Shown piece by piece: positions 34,251 to 43,833 of a stretch of DNA of 64,000 bases. Origin of the DNA: Dudresnaya verticillata (lineage: Eukaryota); the NCBI GenBank assembly GCA_977862235.1, contig OZ374565.1, forward strand, positions 2,356,001 through 2,420,000. Reading direction: 5' to 3'. Every line of letters starts with the position of its first letter. Within the stretch, counting starts at the first letter, position 1. The notes under the pieces were generated by a model. The model was given only the letters and a program-made list of their open reading frames with translations. It made no database searches and was not told where the DNA came from. The position numbers were made by a program, and so were the translations under genes.

Positions 34251-35339
34251 TTTTATTTTTTTGCACCTCATTCCTTCCTCCCCGCCGCCCTCTGCGTACA
34301 TTGCTGCCTTGCATACCTCTCCCACAGAATCCCCGACCCACTGCCTCTGTACAGCGTATTCTTTTCACTCGCACTTTTCCCCTTTTCTTGTAAGTGGGAG
34401 GGAGTCTGAGAGTGTTTGCAGGTGTCTAGGGGTTGTTTAGGGTTAGGTCTAGGGTTAGTTTGGTTACTGTGGTACGCGAGGGGCATGATATTGGGAGGGT
34501 AAAGGGTCTAGTGTTGGTGCATGGAATGAATCATGGTGGTGGAAGGAATGGATCAGTGTGGTGGATGAATTGGATTTAGGGACATAGAATTGGATTAGAT
34601 TTAGTACCCAGAAGATTGGATCAAGGATCACCACAATCGGATCAAGTCTGGTGGCTGGGGTGAGGGTGGCTTGGACGTTTGTGCTCATAACTTTGGAACG
34701 GCTGGGGCTAGGGAGCTGCTCAGTAGCTGAATCGAAGCGTCTCGTTGCTGCGCATTGCGTAGCGCTCTTACCCTCCTAAATCGACTTTTTGGCGCGTTTC
34801 TATGGTGCAAAACGTCCCCACGGGCCGTCGGCAGCTTTTGAGCAGATCAAATAGGGGTTTGGGGCATGTATGGTTATGGGTGGGTTTAGGGGTGTTAGGG
34901 ATGTGTCATTTTAACGCGTTTAGGAGTGTAGGGAGTGGGAATGAAAGTAGTAAGGATGAGGAAATGGAAAGGGAAGGATGAGAAAGTATAGTACAATGCA
35001 GTAATACAAATCACGGAATGCATCAGGTTGGGATCCAATAAGGGTGGATGGATTGGATCAACGGAAGTCAAGGCGTTATAGGATTGGATCTAGGGGCTCT
35101 GTAAATTAGATTGGGTGCTGGTTTCATTGAACCAAGGGGTCAGAACGTCCATGAGCTGGTTGACTGTATTTATATTGAATCCTGCGTTTAGAGTAAATGG
35201 TATACGGTTATGGGTCATTACTTTAATGCTCCACGTGTACACTACAGTCGGATGGACATTGGACGCAGGAGTCTTTAGTCGATGACGGGGAGTGCAGTTG
35301 ATGGCGCATTTAAATAGGGGTACGGCGGGAACAGCAAGC

Positions 35340-35459
35340 ACATTCGGCCATACTACGCAGACATGCTCCGTATCCCATCCCGAACTGCGAAGATAAGTCT
35401 CGTCAGGCTGGTTTAGTACTGAGGTGAGGGATCACTCTGGAATCGCCAGTGCCGAATGT
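35340..35459 (+). rRNA. 5S rRNA
   Basis: Copy of 4086-4205. Confidence 0.97.
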
Positions 35460-36548
35460 TTTTATTTTTTTGCACCTCATTCCTTCCTCCCCGCCGCCCT
35501 CTGCGTACATTGCTGCCTTGCATACCTCTCCCACAGAATCCCCGACCCACTGCCTCTGTACAGCGTATTCTTTTCACTCGCACTTTTCCCCTTTTCTTGT
35601 AAGTGGGAGGGAGTCTGAGAGTGTTTGCAGGTGTCTAGGGGTTGTTTAGGGTTAGGTCTAGGGTTAGTTTGGTTACTGTGGTACGCGAGGGGCATGATAT
35701 TGGGAGGGTAAAGGGTCTAGTGTTGGTGCATGGAATGAATCATGGTGGTGGAAGGAATGGATCAGTGTGGTGGATGAATTGGATTTAGGGACATAGAATT
35801 GGATTAGATTTAGTACCCAGAAGATTGGATCAAGGATCACCACAATCGGATCAAGTCTGGTGGCTGGGGTGAGGGTGGCTTGGACGTTTGTGCTCATAAC
35901 TTTGGAACGGCTGGGGCTAGGGAGCTGCTCAGTAGCTGAATCGAAGCGTCTCGTTGCTGCGCATTGCGTAGCGCTCTTACCCTCCTAAATCGACTTTTTG
36001 GCGCGTTTCTATGGTGCAAAACGTCCCCACGGGCCGTCGGCAGCTTTTGAGCAGATCAAATAGGGGTTTGGGGCATGTATGGTTATGGGTGGGTTTAGGG
36101 GTGTTAGGGATGTGTCATTTTAACGCGTTTAGGAGTGTAGGGAGTGGGAATGAAAGTAGTAAGGATGAGGAAATGGAAAGGGAAGGATGAGAAAGTATAG
36201 TACAATGCAGTAATACAAATCACGGAATGCATCAGGTTGGGATCCAATAAGGGTGGATGGATTGGATCAACGGAAGTCAAGGCGTTATAGGATTGGATCT
36301 AGGGGCTCTGTAAATTAGATTGGGTGCTGGTTTCATTGAACCAAGGGGTCAGAACGTCCATGAGCTGGTTGACTGTATTTATATTGAATCCTGCGTTTAG
36401 AGTAAATGGTATACGGTTATGGGTCATTACTTTAATGCTCCACGTGTACACTACAGTCGGATGGACATTGGACGCAGGAGTCTTTAGTCGATGACGGGGA
36501 GTGCAGTTGATGGCGCATTTAAATAGGGGTACGGCGGGAACAGCAAGC

Positions 36549-36637
36549 ACATTCGGCCATACTACGCAGACATGCTCCGTATCCCATCCCGAACTGCGAA
36601 GATAAGTCTCGTCAGGCTGGTTTAGTACTGAGGTGAG
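36549..36637 (+). pseudogene. 5' fragment (nt 1-89) of the 5S gene interrupted by copy 3
   Basis: 5S to ...gaggtgag, then an extra 17-nt ctcagtactgaggtgag (36638-36654) before the element. Confidence 0.94.
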
Positions 36638-36755
36638 CTCAGTACTGAGGTGAGTTCAACTTTATAACAGGTGATCATATTCTAATATTTGTCGACGTAC
36701 AATCTACTGTAGTATCACAACAAAGTTAAACCCCAACTCAAAACAACTTGCACAT

Positions 36756-39700
36756 CTACACCTCCTGTTGGATCCCTTCCATCAGGCACTTGACGTTGTT
36801 CTGCACCAGTCGCGCCGCGTGCCTGTGGAATAGAGCCGCTCGCGAAACACCGCGAGTTACCATGGCCCGAGAAGCCACAGTATCCGCCAACTCTTGCATG
36901 TACTTGTGCGCCTCCGGGTGCCAGCCACCTAGTGTGGTCATCGGCACCGGCACAAGTCTTGCCCCCGGTCCGGCAGCCTGGATGAAGCCACGGTAAGTCC
37001 GCACCTTGTCAGCGTGGGCGTTCTTCAGCGTCCCTTGCGGGTTTGTTATGCAGCTGAGAATGCGTTGTTCTGACGACAGTGGATGACTGATTGTGACGTC
37101 CAGGTAGTCCGTTCCTCCTTCTGTTCCAAGCGCCTTGATGTCCGGCCGATCCAGGTGAGCCCCCACAGGGCGGGGCTCCACAATCGGGGTGCGTGTCGCA
37201 CGTTTCAGATCCGAAGCCAGCAGACGAACCTGAGAGTCGTGGCGCCACGACCGAGGAGATCCGCTGTTCCGCATGCCGTTCGGACAAATCAGCAGATGGT
37301 CGCCGTGAACATCCATCTTCTTCTTGCACCCGGCCCGAGGACACTCCGTGTCGGGTTCCAGCAGTGGAATCCGACAGTAGAATCGAAGCCATACGCGGTA
37401 GTCCCGATCCGCAATGTACGTCTTCATGCCTGGTGCCGGCTGGCACTTGAGCCAGTCCTTGGCGCCCGGCACGCCAAGGGAAGCTCGGAAAGCTTGAGTC
37501 CGCCTGTCCCCGAGCGGCAGCTCGGCCTGCACCTTCTTCAGTACCAACTGCGTCAAGTCCCGCTGGCGCGGGCACTCGTCGCTGTCGATCTTCTCCAGGT
37601 CCAGGGCATCCTCACTATGGCACTTGGCGCTCCAGTCTTCGTGCGCTTCTACTGCAAAAGGATCGTCAGAAAGAGCAGTGTTCACAGAAGCGGGTAAGAT
37701 AGAACGCAGTAAGTTGCGGGTCAGTGAAAGGGACGCCAAAAACGCGCTCGAGTTCATGTCGCCAGCTCCCGAAATACCGATTCCGAAGCTGGGCTCTTTC
37801 GTGCGCAGGGGAAGCTGAAGTTCGCGGAAGGTGTCCCTCGGTAGGACTCCTCCCACGAGCTTGCGCATGCAAGCCTCAATCTTCTGGTCGAAGAGCTCGG
37901 CGCCCTTCGCCGTGGCGGATGATGGAACCACTCGCAGCAGGTAGTTTAGCCGGCAGACTCCGGCACAGTTGCGGAGTAGAGTGATGGCCACGTGTAGGTC
38001 TTCTAGTCCCGAAATTGCGTCCAGCAGGGGCTGGATGGACTCGACATGGCCATTCACGCTCTCCTCCATGTAGTTCTGCGTTCCAATCGGAGCCTGAAGT
38101 ACTGTAGTGCCTTCTCCGTAGCTCTGCCCAAGATCCGATGGGTAGGCAGCGCAGTCTTCTGGGTCGGGTGCAGTAGGCCACCAAACAGTACACTTGTCCA
38201 TGCGCAGGTGGAAGCCATAGCCCTTAGCTTCCTCGGAGTCAAAGAAGGACAGAACCTTCCTGAGTACGGCGTGTTTCGCCACGATGACGCCGTCGTCCAG
38301 GTAGAACAGTGACAGCAGCAAGTTGTTCGCCCCCTCCGCTTGCTGATTGCGGCCCGAGCGCCGCAGGTCGGCGGTGAGTTCCTTCAACTGTTTGATCAGT
38401 GCCTGCAGCACCAAAGCAAACAGTAACGGCCCGAGCGGGTCACCTTGCTGTACACCAGTGACACTCCGCAGTAGAGTGTCACCCATCCACAGGTGCGGGC
38501 CCTCAGAGTCATAACAGAATCTGACCCACGGTAGTAGTTCAGGCATATGTCGGCGGACCTCCTTCATGAATGCTTTGCGGCTGACAAGGTTGAAGGCATT
38601 CTTCAAGTCCACTTGTAGCAACCCGTAGGACTTGTCATGGCCGTGAGACTTCTGCAGCTTCCGGACCGCGTGTACAATCGCTTCTGTGCCGCCCGAGGTT
38701 GCGACCCCGAGCTGAAGCGGTTCGAGGTATGCCTTGGCCTTGGGAGCGACTCTGGTCATGAGCATAGAGCTCACGAGTCGTCGGATTGTCTCTCCTACAG
38801 CAATGGGGCGGACACCGCCGGTGCGCTTCTTCAGAGCCGTGAGAGGAGCGCTGGCAATCCAAGGCGACAGCTCCGCAGGTCCTGCGCCGCTGGCCAGCAC
38901 GTTGACCATTTTGGTGAGCCCGCCAAGCAGGCCCGTGTGCTCGTGAGTGGTCGGGACTGAGAGCAGTTCCTGCAGATGCGTCGGTGATAGTCCTGTGCCC
39001 CCCGAGGCCGAAGCCCGGGGGAACTTGGCAACTGCTTTTCGTACTTCGTCGGCTGTGAAAGGCACGAAGTCAGGCATGGTCGGCAGCGGTTCGGACTGGT
39101 CAAGCTCGTGGTCCGCGTCGGTTTGCGGTACGGACTGTGGGTGCTTGTCCTTCATGGACTGTATCACAGAGTCTGTGGCTGGCGCGATTCCATCAGAGTC
39201 TAGAGCTGCTGCTGCCTTACTGTAGGCGCCCTCCTTTGCGAGGCGAAGGGCTCGTGAGGCATTGATACGGCGTTGCTCTTCTGCGGAAGGCGCAGTCTGC
39301 TCACGGAATGTCGAGCCCTTCAAGGCCTCCTGCCATAGGGCGTCGTAATCCTTGAGTCCCCAGCGGCGGATTCGATCGCGGAAGGTGCCGATCGAGGACG
39401 CAGAGGTTGACGCGCCGGCCCTTGCACTCGCTGCGGGAGGATTGGACAAGACGGCTGCTGGAAAAAGCAGGAATGCAGTGAGCTCTTTGGTGGCTTCCTG
39501 AGAGTTGTTTGCGTTCGTAAAAGCCCATACCGTCTTGGACAGTGCGTCGCGCACCTCTGCGCGGACGCGAGACGGTATATGTGTGACCATAGGGATATGC
39601 GAGCGACAGATATCTTCGACCGCCGGCAGAAGCTGCCCTCCTGGACCCCGCGCAGCGTGTCGGGTTTGCGCAGTTGGTACCACTTGAGTAGCTGGTACCG

Positions 39701-40244
39701 GTGCAGGAGGCGGCTCCTGGCTGTCCGGGATTCGTCGCGGGGCTGGCAGGATATCGTCCGCCGGCTCGCCGTCCTCGGGTTGCGTCTCCGTGACCGCGTC
39801 CAGAGCAGGAGTCTGTGATGGCGCGGCTACAGTTTCTTCACGGCTCGGTGTCGTCAATTGGTTGGACGGGACGTGGGAGAACGCCGGAGTGCGAGTGGCG
39901 GGACATGCGCTGCAATTCTTGTACCGCATACTGTACATGCCTTCACTGTTCATGCGGGAGCTACAGTGGGTAGGCATGTACTTGTTGTGAGTCACACAGT
40001 ACCATACTCCATAGTCCAGGAGCTGCTGCTTGAGAGGCTCGATGTCGGTCCTCGTCGGTGGTCCTCGCCTGCCAGGAACATGCATCTTCCGCAGGTGCAT
40101 GAGTAGCGCTTCTACAGTAGGCAGTGAGGACGACTGGCAGCCCAGAGGACAGCTGGTACTGTTTGTCGGGCGGTGTTTTGCCGAAGGCATAAAGCATGGA
40201 GAGAGCCATACCTTCGGCATGTCGGGGTGCTGCTGACCAATCAT
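36756..40244 (-). CDS. Non-LTR retrotransposon RT/RLE polyprotein, 1162 aa, copy 3
   Basis: Same motifs as copy 2, intact frame, few substitutions and mostly in the Pro-rich linker. Confidence 0.96.
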   Translation of the reverse strand: MIGQQHPDMPKVWLSPCFMPSAKHRPTNSTSCPLGCQSSSLPTVEALLMHLRKMHVPGRRGPPTRTDIEPLKQQLLDYGVWYCVTHNKYMPTHCSSRMNSEGMYSMRYKNCSACPATRTPAFSHVPSNQLTTPSREETVAAPSQTPALDAVTETQPEDGEPADDILPAPRRIPDSQEPPPAPVPATQVVPTAQTRHAARGPGGQLLPAVEDICRSHIPMVTHIPSRVRAEVRDALSKTVWAFTNANNSQEATKELTAFLLFPAAVLSNPPAASARAGASTSASSIGTFRDRIRRWGLKDYDALWQEALKGSTFREQTAPSAEEQRRINASRALRLAKEGAYSKAAAALDSDGIAPATDSVIQSMKDKHPQSVPQTDADHELDQSEPLPTMPDFVPFTADEVRKAVAKFPRASASGGTGLSPTHLQELLSVPTTHEHTGLLGGLTKMVNVLASGAGPAELSPWIASAPLTALKKRTGGVRPIAVGETIRRLVSSMLMTRVAPKAKAYLEPLQLGVATSGGTEAIVHAVRKLQKSHGHDKSYGLLQVDLKNAFNLVSRKAFMKEVRRHMPELLPWVRFCYDSEGPHLWMGDTLLRSVTGVQQGDPLGPLLFALVLQALIKQLKELTADLRRSGRNQQAEGANNLLLSLFYLDDGVIVAKHAVLRKVLSFFDSEEAKGYGFHLRMDKCTVWWPTAPDPEDCAAYPSDLGQSYGEGTTVLQAPIGTQNYMEESVNGHVESIQPLLDAISGLEDLHVAITLLRNCAGVCRLNYLLRVVPSSATAKGAELFDQKIEACMRKLVGGVLPRDTFRELQLPLRTKEPSFGIGISGAGDMNSSAFLASLSLTRNLLRSILPASVNTALSDDPFAVEAHEDWSAKCHSEDALDLEKIDSDECPRQRDLTQLVLKKVQAELPLGDRRTQAFRASLGVPGAKDWLKCQPAPGMKTYIADRDYRVWLRFYCRIPLLEPDTECPRAGCKKKMDVHGDHLLICPNGMRNSGSPRSWRHDSQVRLLASDLKRATRTPIVEPRPVGAHLDRPDIKALGTEGGTDYLDVTISHPLSSEQRILSCITNPQGTLKNAHADKVRTYRGFIQAAGPGARLVPVPMTTLGGWHPEAHKYMQELADTVASRAMVTRGVSRAALFHRHAARLVQNNVKCLMEGIQQEV

Positions 40245-40984
40245 GGTTACAGCGCTGGGTAAGGTACCTGTAAAGGTCCTCTACAGTAGGTTCCCACGGG
40301 GCACAGACCTCCTAACCGGGACGCAAGCCTGTCGTCCGTCGTCAGTCTGTTCGGGACACCTCCAGAGGGTGCTACAGGTGGCCTTGCTGCGAGATGAAGG
40401 CCTCTTCGCAGCGTAGGGCGCGAGATCGCGCAATTTGCGCACGAGCTCGCGCAAAAGGGCGCGCGTGTTAGCGTTCGTGCGCGTAGACTTATCGGACGTT
40501 CCCTTCCCTGCCGCAGCTGAGAAGACTCTCTTCACTGCGGTCCTGTAACGCGCGGTACTTCTCGTTTGCACAAGCTCTCAATGGGGTCGCAGAACCACCG
40601 TTTACCTGTGAGTGCCCACAGGATTTTTGGCCTCCCCCGAAGGTTCGCTGGCAGGACGTTCGCTCGATCTTAGAAGGGGTGGTTTCAAAACAGGATCCAC
40701 CAGGCTTAAGCCACGTTACCCCAACTTCGACGTTGCTTGGCACGTTTCTGCGATGAGCTTGTGGGTCACGAGCCGCCTACCACTCAAGGTCGAGGGTCTT
40801 TGGCGATTCCCACACTTGTAGGTCTCTCGGCACTTCCCGAAGGAAGATTTTACAGGACAAGCCTGGCCTTTACCAATCTGTCAGTTGAAGGGTGTGAAAC
40901 CCCTCTGTCGATAGTCCACGGCAGCCTAGACAGAGTCTAGGCTGTGCCGGGTACAAGCAAAACGCGTACAGGGCCAGGGAAAGA

Positions 40985-41030
40985 AAGATAAGTCAGTGGG
41001 GCCCGGGCAAATTTCAAGGTGAGGGATCAC
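40985..41030 (+). promoter_or_regulatory. 5S internal-control-region mimic in element 5' UTR, copy 3
   Basis: Box A match 40985-40994 and box C match 41017-41030. Confidence 0.65.
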
Positions 41031-41300
41031 CTTAAAAGTAAGCGCAAAATAGGAAACGCGTGACCGTCGGCGACGACGGCGGCGGCGACGGCGGCGACGA
41101 CGACGGCGTCGCGGCGCAGATCGGCGGCGCAAAAAGAGACAAAAGTAGACCGCGCTCGCCCGCCGTCAAACGTGAAGGGCTGAAAAACCCCGCACCGACG
41201 CGCCGTCGCGCGCTCGAACAGGCGGCACCGCCGCCGAAAAGATCGGTGCAGAACTTGCTGAGAAATCTCCGAAACAAAAAATTCGGCAGATCGCGAGCTC

Positions 41301-41345
41301 AGTACTGAGGTGAGGGATCACTCTGGAATCGCCAGTGCCGAATGT
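41301..41345 (+). pseudogene. 3' fragment (nt 76-120) of the 5S gene interrupted by copy 3
   Basis: agtactgaggtgagggatcac...gccgaatgt. Confidence 0.93.
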
Positions 41346-42434
41346 TTTTATTTTTTTGCACCTCATTCCTTCCTCCCCGCCGCCCTCTGCGTACATTGCT
41401 GCCTTGCATACCTCTCCCACAGAATCCCCGACCCACTGCCTCTGTACAGCGTATTCTTTTCACTCGCACTTTTCCCCTTTTCTTGTAAGTGGGAGGGAGT
41501 CTGAGAGTGTTTGCAGGTGTCTAGGGGTTGTTTAGGGTTAGGTCTAGGGTTAGTTTGGTTACTGTGGTACGCGAGGGGCATGATATTGGGAGGGTAAAGG
41601 GTCTAGTGTTGGTGCATGGAATGAATCATGGTGGTGGAAGGAATGGATCAGTGTGGTGGATGAATTGGATTTAGGGACATAGAATTGGATTAGATTTAGT
41701 ACCCAGAAGATTGGATCAAGGATCACCACAATCGGATCAAGTCTGGTGGCTGGGGTGAGGGTGGCTTGGACGTTTGTGCTCATAACTTTGGAACGGCTGG
41801 GGCTAGGGAGCTGCTCAGTAGCTGAATCGAAGCGTCTCGTTGCTGCGCATTGCGTAGCGCTCTTACCCTCCTAAATCGACTTTTTGGCGCGTTTCTATGG
41901 TGCAAAACGTCCCCACGGGCCGTCGGCAGCTTTTGAGCAGATCAAATAGGGGTTTGGGGCATGTATGGTTATGGGTGGGTTTAGGGGTGTTAGGGATGTG
42001 TCATTTTAACGCGTTTAGGAGTGTAGGGAGTGGGAATGAAAGTAGTAAGGATGAGGAAATGGAAAGGGAAGGATGAGAAAGTATAGTACAATGCAGTAAT
42101 ACAAATCACGGAATGCATCAGGTTGGGATCCAATAAGGGTGGATGGATTGGATCAACGGAAGTCAAGGCGTTATAGGATTGGATCTAGGGGCTCTGTAAA
42201 TTAGATTGGGTGCTGGTTTCATTGAACCAAGGGGTCAGAACGTCCATGAGCTGGTTGACTGTATTTATATTGAATCCTGCGTTTAGAGTAAATGGTATAC
42301 GGTTATGGGTCATTACTTTAATGCTCCACGTGTACACTACAGTCGGATGGACATTGGACGCAGGAGTCTTTAGTCGATGACGGGGAGTGCAGTTGATGGC
42401 GCATTTAAATAGGGGTACGGCGGGAACAGCAAGC

Positions 42435-42554
42435 ACATTCGGCCATACTACGCAGACATGCTCCGTATCCCATCCCGAACTGCGAAGATAAGTCTCGTCA
42501 GGCTGGTTTAGTACTGAGGTGAGGGATCACTCTGGAATCGCCAGTGCCGAATGT
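42435..42554 (+). rRNA. 5S rRNA
   Basis: Copy of 4086-4205. Confidence 0.97.
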
Positions 42555-43643
42555 TTTTATTTTTTTGCACCTCATTCCTTCCTCCCCGCCGCCCTCTGCG
42601 TACATTGCTGCCTTGCATACCTCTCCCACAGAATCCCCGACCCACTGCCTCTGTACAGCGTATTCTTTTCACTCGCACTTTTCCCCTTTTCTTGTAAGTG
42701 GGAGGGAGTCTGAGAGTGTTTGCAGGTGTCTAGGGGTTGTTTAGGGTTAGGTCTAGGGTTAGTTTGGTTACTGTGGTACGCGAGGGGCATGATATTGGGA
42801 GGGTAAAGGGTCTAGTGTTGGTGCATGGAATGAATCATGGTGGTGGAAGGAATGGATCAGTGTGGTGGATGAATTGGATTTAGGGACATAGAATTGGATT
42901 AGATTTAGTACCCAGAAGATTGGATCAAGGATCACCACAATCGGATCAAGTCTGGTGGCTGGGGTGAGGGTGGCTTGGACGTTTGTGCTCATAACTTTGG
43001 AACGGCTGGGGCTAGGGAGCTGCTCAGTAGCTGAATCGAAGCGTCTCGTTGCTGCGCATTGCGTAGCGCTCTTACCCTCCTAAATCGACTTTTTGGCGCG
43101 TTTCTATGGTGCAAAACGTCCCCACGGGCCGTCGGCAGCTTTTGAGCAGATCAAATAGGGGTTTGGGGCATGTATGGTTATGGGTGGGTTTAGGGGTGTT
43201 AGGGATGTGTCATTTTAACGCGTTTAGGAGTGTAGGGAGTGGGAATGAAAGTAGTAAGGATGAGGAAATGGAAAGGGAAGGATGAGAAAGTATAGTACAA
43301 TGCAGTAATACAAATCACGGAATGCATCAGGTTGGGATCCAATAAGGGTGGATGGATTGGATCAACGGAAGTCAAGGCGTTATAGGATTGGATCTAGGGG
43401 CTCTGTAAATTAGATTGGGTGCTGGTTTCATTGAACCAAGGGGTCAGAACGTCCATGAGCTGGTTGACTGTATTTATATTGAATCCTGCGTTTAGAGTAA
43501 ATGGTATACGGTTATGGGTCATTACTTTAATGCTCCACGTGTACACTACAGTCGGATGGACATTGGACGCAGGAGTCTTTAGTCGATGACGGGGAGTGCA
43601 GTTGATGGCGCATTTAAATAGGGGTACGGCGGGAACAGCAAGC

Positions 43644-43732
43644 ACATTCGGCCATACTACGCAGACATGCTCCGTATCCCATCCCGAACTGCGAAGATAA
43701 GTCTCGTCAGGCTGGTTTAGTACTGAGGTGAG
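43644..43732 (+). pseudogene. 5' fragment (nt 1-89) of the 5S gene interrupted by copy 4
   Basis: ...agtactgaggtgag|ttcaacttt, the same junction as copy 2. Confidence 0.95.
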
Positions 43733-43833
43733 TTCAACTTTATAACAGGTGACCATATTCTAATATTTGTCGACGTACAATCTACTGTAGTATCACAACA
43801 AAGTTAAACCCCAACTCAAAACAACTTGCACAT

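Larger units (their letters stand above)
22121..36637 (+). repeat. 5S rDNA tandem array block B: 12 spacers, 11 intact genes
   Basis: 1209-bp periodicity (ORF track 23334 ... 35424). Confidence 0.98.
36655..41297 (-). mobile_element. Non-LTR RLE (CRE-like) retrotransposon copy 3, 4643 bp
   Basis: Colinear with copy 2 at offset 19181. Flanked on both sides by ctcagtactgaggtgag (36638-36654 and 41298-41314). Confidence 0.96.
41301..43732 (+). repeat. 5S rDNA tandem array block C: 2 spacers, 1 intact gene
   Basis: Two 1209-bp units between copies 3 and 4. Confidence 0.97.
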
